From: Kiritimatiellia bacterium
GTDB taxonomy: Bacteria > Verrucomicrobiota > Kiritimatiellia > RFP12 > DVOR01
Direction of reading: 5' to 3'
DNA: 64,000 nucleotides
Assembly: GCA_031553315.1 (NCBI GenBank)
Contig: JAVBLT010000017.1
Location: 25,696-89,695 of the forward strand
Under the pieces are notes generated by a model. The model was not told where the DNA came from. It saw nothing but the letters and a program-made list of their open reading frames with translations, and did no database searches. How positions within the stretch are numbered: the stretch's first letter is position 1; every line of letters begins with the position of its first letter. The translations under genes were made by a program, and so were the position numbers. Positions 16,930 to 25,675 of the stretch are shown piece after piece.

Positions 16930-17634
16930 ATGATCCACCTGCTCCATTTCAGCTGGCTCAGCTTCGTGAAGATGCTCTTCCTCTTCACCCCCTTCTTCGT
17001 GCTCAACGTGTACCTCTCGCTCACCGCCGAAGCCGAGGCCGAAGCCCGCAAACACGTCGCCCTGCGCATCACCGCCGCCGTGTTGACCGGCGGCACCATC
17101 TTCTACTTCGCCGGCCAGACCCTCCTCAAAATGTTCGGCCTCGAGCTCGACGGTTTCCGCATCGGCGCGGGCATCCTGCTCATGGTCACCGCCCTCGACC
17201 TCGCCCTCAACAACACCATCAAAAAAGCCGACCGCGTGGCCGACATCGGCAACATCGTGGTCGTGCCCATGGCCATTCCCACCATCCTCGGCCCCTCCTG
17301 CGCGAGCTTCATCATGATCATGGGCGCCGAGCAGATGCGCGCCGGCTCCGTTTCCCATCTCTTCGCCGGCTACACCGGCATCCTCGGCGCCATCGCCGCC
17401 CTGGGCGCCATCCTCTACTTCTCCCAGCGCCTTGAGCAGATCTTCGGCCAGAAGATCATCCGCATCTTCAGCAAAGTTTCCGGCGTGATTCTCTCCGCCA
17501 TGGCCTCCCAGATGATCGTCACCGGCTTCTTCAACTACATGGATCGCTCCGCCACCGGCCAAAGCGTGGGCCGCATCCTCCACAGGCTCGAGGCGTTCAT
17601 CGATGCGACCGTCGCGCTTGCCCAGCGGCTTTGA
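16930..17634 (+). CDS. MarC-family (UPF0056) integral membrane protein
   Basis: 234 aa. FYFAGQTLLKMFGLELDGFRIGAGILL and VVVPMAIPTILGPSCAS parallel E. coli MarC. It occupies the slot where rnfE would follow rnfG. Confidence 0.8.
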   Translation: MIHLLHFSWLSFVKMLFLFTPFFVLNVYLSLTAEAEAEARKHVALRITAAVLTGGTIFYFAGQTLLKMFGLELDGFRIGAGILLMVTALDLALNNTIKKADRVADIGNIVVVPMAIPTILGPSCASFIMIMGAEQMRAGSVSHLFAGYTGILGAIAALGAILYFSQRLEQIFGQKIIRIFSKVSGVILSAMASQMIVTGFFNYMDRSATGQSVGRILHRLEAFIDATVALAQRL

Positions 17635-17729
17635 ATGGCCGCCCGGCAAAACCCGCGCGTGCGCCCGCTTTACTTTTCCCCGCCATTGAGCTATACTTCT
17701 GCATTTCGTTGGGAGAAAGCCGCCGCCGC

Positions 17730-18641
17730 ATGATGAAAAACAGTTATACCCTCTTCACGCTTTTCGGAATTCCGGTCAAAATCGACCTGTCGCTGATCGT
17801 GCTGGTTGTTTTTATCCTCTTCCAGTTCGGCGGCGATCCGATCCTCGGGCTGATGTATTGCGCGGGGCTCCTCTTCTCCATCATCTTCCACGAATTCGCC
17901 CATTCCCTCGCGGCGATCGGCTTCGGCGGGCGCGTGCGCGACATCACCCTGCTCATGTTCGGCGGCGCGGCCACCGTCACCCACATGCCCCGCCGCCCCT
18001 GGCAGCAGCTCCTGATGGCCGCGGCAGGCCCCTTCTCGAGCTTTTTGCTGGCCGCGATCGCCATTGCCCTGGGCGTGTTCACGGAAGGGATGGCGCGCTA
18101 TTTCTGCGCGGTGCTGGCCAGCCTCAACTTCATGCTCGGGTTGTTCAACCTCATTCCCGCCTTTCCGATGGACGGCGGGCGGATTCTCTGCGCCGCGCTT
18201 GAGATCGCCGGCTTCTCCAGGCTGAAAGCGGTCTGGTTCGCCTCGCGCATCGGCAAAGGCATCGCCGTTTTCTGGGTGGCCATGTCGATCCTTTCCTTCT
18301 TCGGCGCCACGCCGAGGCCGCCGGCCGGTTTGCCCTACTGGGGCGATTTACTGTGGTCGCTGATCTTCCAGGGCGGCCTCTTCCTGCTCTTCATCGCGTT
18401 TATGATTTATCAGGCCGCGGAAGCCGAATACCGCGCGACCGAAGCCTCCAGCTTCGGCCGCTGGAGCAACACCCGCCCGCAGGGGTGCAGCCCCCTGGCC
18501 GCCTGGCTGAGCCGCCGATCCGGGCAACCCCGCCGGGAAGGCGGCGTCTCCGAAGCCGTCATCAGCCCCCCCCCTTATGAAAAAGACGGTCGCAAGCGGA
18601 TCGTGCCGCTCGACCATGGCGGCGAAAACAACCGCCCATAG
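17730..18641 (+). CDS. Site-2 protease family (M50) zinc metalloprotease
   Basis: Track ORF trimmed to MMKNSYTLF. HEFAHSLAA (HExxH) and NLIPAFPMDGGRIL motifs. Membrane-embedded. Confidence 0.85.
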   Translation: MMKNSYTLFTLFGIPVKIDLSLIVLVVFILFQFGGDPILGLMYCAGLLFSIIFHEFAHSLAAIGFGGRVRDITLLMFGGAATVTHMPRRPWQQLLMAAAGPFSSFLLAAIAIALGVFTEGMARYFCAVLASLNFMLGLFNLIPAFPMDGGRILCAALEIAGFSRLKAVWFASRIGKGIAVFWVAMSILSFFGATPRPPAGLPYWGDLLWSLIFQGGLFLLFIAFMIYQAAEAEYRATEASSFGRWSNTRPQGCSPLAAWLSRRSGQPRREGGVSEAVISPPPYEKDGRKRIVPLDHGGENNRP

Positions 18642-18653
18642 AAAAGGAAAGCC

Positions 18654-19754
18654 ATGTCACTTGCCGTTGGTATCGTAGGCCTGCCCAATGTGGGCAAATC
18701 AACCCTCTTCAACGCCCTCACCCGCGCCCAAAACGCCGAAGCCGCAAACTACCCCTTCTGCACCATCGAGCCCAACAAGGCGACCGTACCCGTGCGCGAC
18801 GACCGCGCCGAAGCGCTCGCCGCCATCGGCAAATCGGGCAAGATCCTCCACGCCACGGTCGACTTCATCGACATCGCCGGGCTTGTGCGCGGCGCCAGCA
18901 AAGGCGAAGGCCTCGGCAACAAATTCCTCGCCAACATCCGCGAGGCCGACGCGATCCTCCAGGTCGTCCGCTGCTTTGACAACGACGACGTGGTGCACGT
19001 GGAAGGCACCGTCGACCCCATCCGCGACATCGAGATCATCGAAACCGAGCTCGTCCTGGCCGATCTGCAATCGCTCGAAAAACGCATCGAGCGCATCGGC
19101 CGCCAGGCCCGCGCCGACAAAGACCTCCGCCGCGAAGTCGAAGCCATGCAGCTCCTCCTCGCCCACGTCAACGAAGGAAACCCCGTCCGCACCTATCCGC
19201 GCACCGAAAACGACGCGCTCGACGCCACCCTCGCCGAGCTCCAGTTCCTCACCGACAAACCCATCATCTACGTGGCCAACGTTTCGGAAGACGCGCTCGC
19301 CGCAGACAACGAACACGTGACCCGCCTCAAGGCCCACGCCCAAGCCGCCGGGTGCGGCACCGTCACCATCTGCGCCTCCGTCGAAGCCGAAATGGCCGGC
19401 CTTTCCGACGATGAACGCAATGAGTTCCTCCAGAGCTACGGCCTCGCCGAAAGCGGCCTCGACATCACCATCCGCAAAGCCTACCACACCCTCGGCCTCA
19501 TGAGCTACTTCACCGTCGGCCCCATGGAAACCCACGCCTGGACCATCCGCCGCGGCTGGACCGCACCCAAAGCCGCCGGCGTCATCCACTCCGACTTCGA
19601 GCGCGGCTTCATCCGCGCCGAAGTCATCTCATTCGCAGACTACACCACCCACAAAGGCGAAGCCGGCGCCAAAGCCGCCGGCCTGATGCGCCTCGAAGGC
19701 AAAGAATATGTGATGCAGGATGGCGACGTCGTCCACTTCCTCTTCAACGTGTAA
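18654..19754 (+). CDS. ychF: Redox-regulated ATPase YchF
   Basis: 366 aa. GIVGLPNVGKSTLFNALT P-loop and a YchF C-terminal TGS-like region. Confidence 0.95.
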   Translation: MSLAVGIVGLPNVGKSTLFNALTRAQNAEAANYPFCTIEPNKATVPVRDDRAEALAAIGKSGKILHATVDFIDIAGLVRGASKGEGLGNKFLANIREADAILQVVRCFDNDDVVHVEGTVDPIRDIEIIETELVLADLQSLEKRIERIGRQARADKDLRREVEAMQLLLAHVNEGNPVRTYPRTENDALDATLAELQFLTDKPIIYVANVSEDALAADNEHVTRLKAHAQAAGCGTVTICASVEAEMAGLSDDERNEFLQSYGLAESGLDITIRKAYHTLGLMSYFTVGPMETHAWTIRRGWTAPKAAGVIHSDFERGFIRAEVISFADYTTHKGEAGAKAAGLMRLEGKEYVMQDGDVVHFLFNV

Positions 19755-19765
19755 GGGAGATCCCA

Positions 19766-20860
19766 ATGAAAAACGGTTATGAGCTGCCCGGCGATCGCGC
19801 CACCATGCCCTCCTGGGTGAAAACAGCCCTCTTCGGAGGCATACCCACCCTCCTGCTCGTGATTATTCTTTGCGCCGCGGGCAACTGCGGCGGCAACACC
19901 GAACCCCCGCCCGAAGGCACCCCCGCGCCCGAAAGCACCCATACCCGGCCCGCCCCCGCCGCCGCACCCGGCCAGCCACCCGCTCAACCCCGGCAGCAGC
20001 CCGCGCAAGTGAAACCCAAAGCCCCCGCCACCTATTCTTTCGACGGCGCCGCCCAAGGCGACCTCGCCCTGCCCAACGCCAAAAGCTGCCTCACCGGAAT
20101 TCTCGTCGACGCCGACAACCACCGCGTGCTCTGGGCAAAAGACGCCCGAAAAGCCGTACCCATCGCCTCCATGACCAAGATGATGACGCTTCTCCTCGCC
20201 TTTGAAGACATGGAGACCCGACCCGAAATCACCCTCTCCACCCCCGTAGCCGTCACCCCCGAAGCCAATAAAATCGGCGGCAGCCAAGTCTACCTCGACC
20301 CCCGCGAAACCTTCCCCTTCGGCGAGCTCCTCAAAAGCGTCGCCATCAAAAGCGCCAACGATTCCGCCTACCTCGTCGCCGAATTCCTCAATAATGGCGA
20401 CGTCGCCGGCTTCACCGCCCGCATGAACACCCGCGCCGCCGAGCTGGGCATGACCTCGACCGCCTTTCTCAACTCCCACGGCCTCGCGAAAGAATTGCCC
20501 AACGGCGTCAAAAAAGATTCCCTCAGCTCCGCGCTCGACATGGTCATCCTCGGCGAACAGCTCCTCCACTACCCCCAGCTCATGACCTGGGCCTCAACCC
20601 CCATGGATTCCTTCCGCGACGGCAAAACCGAGCTCAAGAACCACAACAACCTCGTCTTCAAAAAAGTCAACGGCGTCGACGGCCTCAAAACCGGCTTCAT
20701 CAACAGCTCCGGCTTCTGCGTCACCGTCAGCTGCCTGCGCGGCGGCAAACGCACCCTCGCCTGCGTCACCGGCTTCAAAACCTATAAAGAGCGCGACGCC
20801 TTCGCCGAAGCCCTCCTCAACTGGGGCTACACCCGCCTCGCCGAACCCCAAAGGAAATAA
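19766..20860 (+). CDS. Serine-type D-Ala-D-Ala carboxypeptidase (PBP5/6-like, peptidase S11)
   Basis: 364 aa. SMTK (SxxK), SANDSA (SxN) and KTGF (KTG) motifs. N-terminal TM helix and a Pro-rich linker. Confidence 0.85.
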   Translation: MKNGYELPGDRATMPSWVKTALFGGIPTLLLVIILCAAGNCGGNTEPPPEGTPAPESTHTRPAPAAAPGQPPAQPRQQPAQVKPKAPATYSFDGAAQGDLALPNAKSCLTGILVDADNHRVLWAKDARKAVPIASMTKMMTLLLAFEDMETRPEITLSTPVAVTPEANKIGGSQVYLDPRETFPFGELLKSVAIKSANDSAYLVAEFLNNGDVAGFTARMNTRAAELGMTSTAFLNSHGLAKELPNGVKKDSLSSALDMVILGEQLLHYPQLMTWASTPMDSFRDGKTELKNHNNLVFKKVNGVDGLKTGFINSSGFCVTVSCLRGGKRTLACVTGFKTYKERDAFAEALLNWGYTRLAEPQRK

Positions 20861-20864
20861 TCCC

Positions 20865-21317
20865 ATGCGCACCCTGCTCCTCACCCTCCTCGGCGCCGCC
20901 CTCCTCTTCGCCGGGTGCCTCTCCGACCGGGATCGCATCCGCAAGCGCATCGATTCCAAACCCGAAATCTTCCAACAATACCCCGAAGCCGAGCGCCAGC
21001 GCCTTGAACGCGGCGAGCTCCACGTGGGCGACGACAAAAACGCCGCCTGGTTCGTCTACGGCTCCCCCTCCCAGACCTCCACCCGCACCACCGCCGCCGG
21101 AAAAACCGAGATCTGGGTCTACACCGTGCAGGCCGTGCAAAACAACTTCCCCGAGCCGCGCCTCGTCTCCTACCCCGTGCGCACCTCCACCGGCCGCACC
21201 GTCTACCTCAACGACTACTATTACATGGACGGCACCACCTATGCCGAAGTGGAAGCCCTCCGCATCGAATTCCAAAATGACCGCGTCACCGTCATCGAAG
21301 CCGTAGACCACAACTAA
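20865..21317 (+). CDS. Hypothetical lipoprotein
   Basis: 150 aa. Signal plus lipobox LLFAGC. 4 nt after the preceding stop. Confidence 0.65.
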   Translation: MRTLLLTLLGAALLFAGCLSDRDRIRKRIDSKPEIFQQYPEAERQRLERGELHVGDDKNAAWFVYGSPSQTSTRTTAAGKTEIWVYTVQAVQNNFPEPRLVSYPVRTSTGRTVYLNDYYYMDGTTYAEVEALRIEFQNDRVTVIEAVDHN

Positions 21318-21326
21318 GAAAACGCC

Positions 21327-21839
21327 GTGAAAGCACTGGCCGCCCTGCTTTTCCTCCTCCTTTCGTTTTTCGCCTTGGGCGGAAACATTGAGGCATGGAT
21401 CGCCCCTGAAACCCTCCGGCAGGTAAAAGGCAAGCCCCGCGAAGAAATCTTCGCCGCCTTCGACAACACCCCCCGACCCATCGCCGCCGTCCCCTTGGGC
21501 TACGCCACCCTCCTCGACCCCGCCGTCACCAACGCCACCCTCTACTGCGGCATGGCCTACTTCCTCGATCACGCCGTCAACCACCATCCCGAGCTCCCCG
21601 CCGCCGCCTACACCAACCTTCAAGCCACCATCACCCACGCCGACAGCGTCAAGCTCGACACCCGCGCCGAAAACCGCCGGGCCCTCATGTTCATCAAAGG
21701 CCGGGAGCCTCCCTACACCATCGCCGTCGTCGGCATCGGCAAACGCAAAGGCGAAAAAATCCTCCTCCACAAAACCTTCTTTCAAACACCCAGCCCCCCC
21801 TATCCCCGCATTCCAAACCTATCTTTGGAGACGCCATGA
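21327..21839 (+). CDS. Hypothetical secreted protein (GTG start)
   Basis: 170 aa. Signal-like MKALAALLFLLLSFFALGG. Its stop overlaps the GH20 start (ATGA). Confidence 0.55.
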   Translation: MKALAALLFLLLSFFALGGNIEAWIAPETLRQVKGKPREEIFAAFDNTPRPIAAVPLGYATLLDPAVTNATLYCGMAYFLDHAVNHHPELPAAAYTNLQATITHADSVKLDTRAENRRALMFIKGREPPYTIAVVGIGKRKGEKILLHKTFFQTPSPPYPRIPNLSLETP

Positions 21840-23425
21840 CCGCCCAAGCCTTCCTCGCCGCCGCCCTTCTCCTTTCACTCCCCGCCTCCGCCGCCCTCCC
21901 CGCCGGCGTCATCCCCCTGCCCGCCAAAATCGAAATGGCTCCAGACCCCCGGCCCGCCACCCTCAAAAAAGAACTCCTCCGCCTCTCCCTCCCCACCGGC
22001 ATCCGCCCCGCCGTCCTCATGAAAGCCATGCGCTCCATCCACGAAAGCAAAGCCTTCGAACAGGTTCAGCTCATCATGCCCGGCTCCACAGCCCCCCGCG
22101 ACCTCGCCCTGCGCATCGACCCCGCCCTCCCCAAGGAAGGCTACCGCCTCACCGCCGACCCCGCCGCCCTCACCATCCACGCCAATGACGACGCCGGCTG
22201 GTTCTACGGCATCCAGACCCTCCTTCAGCTCCTCACCCCCGCCGAAAACAACACCTACACCGTCGCCCCCTGCACCGTCAGCGACTCCCCCCGCTTCGCC
22301 TGGCGCGGCCTCATGGTCGACGATTGCCGCCACTTCTTCGGCAAAGAAACCCTCAAAACCATCATCCGCGAAATGGCCGCCCTCAAGCTCAACCGCCTCC
22401 ACTGGCACCTCACCGACGACCAAGGCTGGCGCATCCAAATCAACGCCTACCCCCTCCTCACCGAAATCGGCGCCGCCCGCCTCTCATCCCCCAAAAAAGG
22501 CGACCGAAACACCCCCGACAACACCCCCTACGGCCCCTACTTCTACACCCAGGCCGACGTCGCCGAAATCGTCCGCTACGCCGAAGAACACTGCGTCACC
22601 ATCGTTCCCGAGTTCGAAACCCCCGGCCACGCCTGCGCCGCCATCGCCGCCTACCCCGGCCTCTCCTGCCGCAAACAGCCCAAAAACGTCCGCACCACCT
22701 GGGGCGTGGAAGACGACGTGTATTGCCTCGGCACCCCCGAAACCCTCACCTTCATCGACGCCGTCATCGGCGAAATGCTCCTCCTCTTCCCCGGCCCCTA
22801 CTTCCACATCGGCGGCGACGAAGCCCCCCATCAGCGCTGGGAAGCCTGCCCCGCCTGCCAGGCCCTCCTCGCCCGCGACAACCTCAAAAAAGCCGCCGAC
22901 CTCCAGCCCTGGCTCGTCCGCCGCCTCAGCCGCCACCTCCAAAGCGCCCGCCGCACCCCCGTGATCTGGTGGGAAGACTGCATGGCCGGCCAGATCCCCG
23001 CCGACACCATCGTCTTCTGCTGGCGCGCCCGGCCCGGCGTCGGCACCGTCTCCGCCCAAGGCAACCCCATCGTCGTCACCTACCCCTATTACCTCGACTA
23101 CGGCCAATTCCCCGCCTCCGACGGCCTCGAATACATCTACGGCCTCGTGACCTCCCAAAGCGTCTACACAGCCAACCCCCTCAAAGACGTCGCCCCCGGT
23201 CGCGAAAGCACCGTCATCGGCATCCAGGGCAACATGTGGTCCGAATGCACCTGGACCCCCGAAGAGCTCCTTTGGAAAGCCTTCCCCCGCGCCTTCGCCC
23301 TTGCCGAAACCGCCTGGTCCCCCGAAGCCGCCCGCAACTGGGAAACCTTCAAACCCCGCGCCGCCCGCTACCGCGAAACCCTCGCCGCCCGCGGCATCAA
23401 AGCCGCCCCCGTGGAAATGAAATAG
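21836..23425 (+). CDS. Beta-N-acetylhexosaminidase (GH20)
   Basis: 529 aa. RFAWRGLMVDDCRHF, LHWHLTDDQGWRIQI, VPEFETPGH and HIGGDEAP are GH20 catalytic-domain motifs. Signal peptide present. Confidence 0.9.
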   Translation: MTAQAFLAAALLLSLPASAALPAGVIPLPAKIEMAPDPRPATLKKELLRLSLPTGIRPAVLMKAMRSIHESKAFEQVQLIMPGSTAPRDLALRIDPALPKEGYRLTADPAALTIHANDDAGWFYGIQTLLQLLTPAENNTYTVAPCTVSDSPRFAWRGLMVDDCRHFFGKETLKTIIREMAALKLNRLHWHLTDDQGWRIQINAYPLLTEIGAARLSSPKKGDRNTPDNTPYGPYFYTQADVAEIVRYAEEHCVTIVPEFETPGHACAAIAAYPGLSCRKQPKNVRTTWGVEDDVYCLGTPETLTFIDAVIGEMLLLFPGPYFHIGGDEAPHQRWEACPACQALLARDNLKKAADLQPWLVRRLSRHLQSARRTPVIWWEDCMAGQIPADTIVFCWRARPGVGTVSAQGNPIVVTYPYYLDYGQFPASDGLEYIYGLVTSQSVYTANPLKDVAPGRESTVIGIQGNMWSECTWTPEELLWKAFPRAFALAETAWSPEAARNWETFKPRAARYRETLAARGIKAAPVEMK

Positions 23426-23584
23426 AGCATATTTCGATTGATCTTTCCGCTTTTTCTCGGTGCTTTTTGTTTTTGAACTTCACCCTTTCAGATCGCCGTA
23501 GCGTTGCTACGGCTCACCTCAAGCGTTTGTCAAAACCAAAATTCACCTTCGCAAAATCCGGGAAATCTCATTCGAAACATGCTC
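23425..23584 (+). mobile_element. MITE-like miniature element, copy 3 (full length)
   Basis: TIRs GAGCATATTTCGATTG / CATTCGAAACATGCTC. Central hairpin CCGTAGC-GTT-GCTACGG. Its first base is the G of the GH20 TAG stop. Confidence 0.75.
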
Positions 23585-23594
23585 TCGCTTCAAT

Positions 23595-23623
23595 AAAAAA
23601 CCACCCCTTTCGGAGTGGTTTTT
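23595..23623. terminator. Bidirectional intrinsic terminator between the convergent GH20 and PEP-CTERM operons
   Basis: AAAAAA-CCACCC-CTTTC-GGAGTGG-TTTTT: a GC stem flanked by an A-run and a T-run. Confidence 0.6.
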
Positions 23624-23639
23624 CATTGAAGCGAGGGGG

Positions 23640-24149
23640 TTACTGAACCCGTCGCCGCAGGCCGATCGCCGCCACGCCCAGCGCCAGAAGCGCCAGCGAG
23701 GTCGGCTCGGGCACCACCGGAGCCCAGCTGTCGTTCCACATGGAGGGGGCGTTCATTTCCCAGCTGTCGCCGGTGATGTCGGGCGGGGTGGGCCCCACCG
23801 CAACGGGCGATCCGGAAAGGTTAAGCGCCGAAGCGCTTGCGAGGTAAGACTCCCCGTTCTGTGTGAAAAGAACCACATAATAGTAAGCGTCGTCACGGCT
23901 GTTCATTTGACCTTGAACAACGTTGGCAGACCACTCTCCGCTGATACCCCGCTCGGCCAGCGTAATCGCGCCGGTGTAGACGTCGGGCGTGATCTCGCCG
24001 ATATCGCTCGCAGCCACAAGCTTTACGGATTGCACATCGCCAAACGCCCCTTCGGGCAAGCTGCCGGCAAGCACACTCCACTGGAGCACGACCGCATGCG
24101 CGGCCATGCCCCATACGGCGGCCAGCAGCGCAATTACATACTTCGTCAT
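23640..24149 (-). CDS. PEP-CTERM sorting-domain protein (169 aa), last gene of the four-gene secreted-protein operon
   Basis: Signal MTKYVIALLAAVWGMAAHA. C-terminus VVPEPTSLALLALGVAAIGLRRRVQ (PEP motif, TM helix, Arg cluster). AAGGAG RBS. Confidence 0.85.
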   Translation of the reverse strand: MTKYVIALLAAVWGMAAHAVVLQWSVLAGSLPEGAFGDVQSVKLVAASDIGEITPDVYTGAITLAERGISGEWSANVVQGQMNSRDDAYYYVVLFTQNGESYLASASALNLSGSPVAVGPTPPDITGDSWEMNAPSMWNDSWAPVVPEPTSLALLALGVAAIGLRRRVQ

Positions 24150-24169
24150 TTATTTTCTCCTTAAAACAA

Positions 24170-24907
24170 TCAATTGTTACCGTTGAGGCTCACAAACCAC
24201 GCCGCCTGCCCGGGCGCAAGAGCCAGCGACGGCACAACCTGCGAGGTCGCGGGATTCCACCATTCAGAGGCGCTTTTTTTGTGCCACGTTTCATAGGCCG
24301 AACCGCCCTTGAGCAGCATGACCCGGTCCGAACTCGTGCGATAAGCCTCGTGAGGCACGGCGCCTGTGACCTCGTCAAGATCCAATGCCTCGGCGGGGTC
24401 GGGGTTCCCGATCAGGTTGTACCCGGGGTTGGCGCGCGTGCCGCGATTCATGGCCGGCTGGGTGATTGCGCCGCCGAATTCCTGGCCGTACATCGCCCCG
24501 ACGGCATGGGCGGTCTTGAGCCAGATTATGGCGCCGGCCGCAAACTCACCCGGGCCGGTCGCGGTCGAGCCGCTGCCTTCATCGCCCACGGCGACGGCTT
24601 TCCATGCGCCGCCCTCGACGGTGTAGACATGGTAGGTCACCGCGGGCGCCGCCGAGCTGATCCACACCTGCGCCTCATCGCCCTCGGAGCGCTCCGCAAC
24701 CGGCAAAAGCGCGTCAAGCTGCGCGGGCACGTCCTCCCCGGTGATGTCGAACCCCGAAACCGGCACGCAAACAAGCTGATAACCGGCCGTTTGAGGCGCC
24801 GTCACCGGGGCGACCACGGCGGTGTTGGCGCTCTCCACGGTGGTCGTGATCGCGGCGGAGGCGGCAAAGGCGCTCATCAACACTGCTGATAAAAGTATTT
24901 TTTTCAT
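24170..24907 (-). CDS. Hypothetical secreted protein (245 aa)
   Basis: Track ORF 24170..25132 trimmed to MKKILLSAVLMSAFAASAA, with AAGGAG 6 nt upstream. No motif I recognise. Confidence 0.75.
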   Translation of the reverse strand: MKKILLSAVLMSAFAASAAITTTVESANTAVVAPVTAPQTAGYQLVCVPVSGFDITGEDVPAQLDALLPVAERSEGDEAQVWISSAAPAVTYHVYTVEGGAWKAVAVGDEGSGSTATGPGEFAAGAIIWLKTAHAVGAMYGQEFGGAITQPAMNRGTRANPGYNLIGNPDPAEALDLDEVTGAVPHEAYRTSSDRVMLLKGGSAYETWHKKSASEWWNPATSQVVPSLALAPGQAAWFVSLNGNN

Positions 24908-24917
24908 GGCGAGCTCC

Positions 24918-25652
24918 TTACTTGGCCACTTCAATCTTGAAGAACTGGGCCTTTTTGGCCGGATCCACGGCGATTGCGACGCCGCCGCCATCGGCCGCGA
25001 AGGTCTGGGCCTCGGTGCGGTTTGTGACGGGCGTCCAGATTCCCGAAGAGAGATTCTCCGTGACCGAGACGGTGTAATAAACCCGGCCGTCGGCCTTTGC
25101 CGTGAGGGTGGCCACGCCGCCTTCAACCGCAAGCCCGGTGATCACCGGGGGAACCACCGTGGGAAGAATCGCCGCGCCGGAGCGGGTCGCAATGGCGGAA
25201 CCGGCCGCCTGCTGAGCGGCGGCCAGGCGCACCATGCCGGGCGCTCCAGAGGGCAGCGCGGAGGCGGTCTCAGAGGCGCCGTAGGCGACCACGATGTCGC
25301 CGACCGGGGCGCCGGAAGCGTTGCGCGTATCGAGCAGCACAACCCGGAAGGTGCCGTTGCTGTAGTCCGCGCCGCTGTTGAGCTCGACCACGATGCGCCC
25401 GCAGGCGCCGTCTTTGGCTTTGCCTTGGAAGACGATTCTGGCGCCTTCAACCGCGCCGGTGTTGTCGATCGTGAAGGTCGACCCCGCCGGCACGAAGAGC
25501 AGGTAGTAGGTTTCTCCGTCGGCCACGGGGGTGCCGTCGGCATAGGTGTCGGGACCTGTCGTGGCGAAGTCGACTGTCGCATTGGGGGTGGCGGCGCAGG
25601 CCACGCCGGCGGCCCAGGCGATCAGCAGGGAAAAGAATGGCATTTTTTTCAT
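24918..25652 (-). CDS. Hypothetical secreted protein (244 aa)
   Basis: Signal MKKMPFFSLLIAWAAGVACA. GAGGAG RBS. Ends ...AKKAQFFKIEVAK. Confidence 0.75.
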   Translation of the reverse strand: MKKMPFFSLLIAWAAGVACAATPNATVDFATTGPDTYADGTPVADGETYYLLFVPAGSTFTIDNTGAVEGARIVFQGKAKDGACGRIVVELNSGADYSNGTFRVVLLDTRNASGAPVGDIVVAYGASETASALPSGAPGMVRLAAAQQAAGSAIATRSGAAILPTVVPPVITGLAVEGGVATLTAKADGRVYYTVSVTENLSSGIWTPVTNRTEAQTFAADGGGVAIAVDPAKKAQFFKIEVAK

Positions 25653-25675
25653 GATGAACTCCTCTTTCTGCCGGG

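Noticed and set aside
13946-17649. Minus-strand ORFs 13946..15361 (471 aa) and 16255..17649 (464 aa), and other antisense ORFs in the rnf region
   Set aside because: They are antisense to rnfC, rnfD, rnfG and marC. Translations are GGEG/HGDG-rich with no motif. The sense genes are well supported.
22185-23646. Alternative-frame ORFs 22185..22964 and 22324..23646 (Pro/Arg/Ser-rich) inside the GH20 gene
   Set aside because: The GH20 frame carries all catalytic motifs. The alternative frames are compositional artefacts, and the tail of 22324..23646 merely reads through the miniature element.
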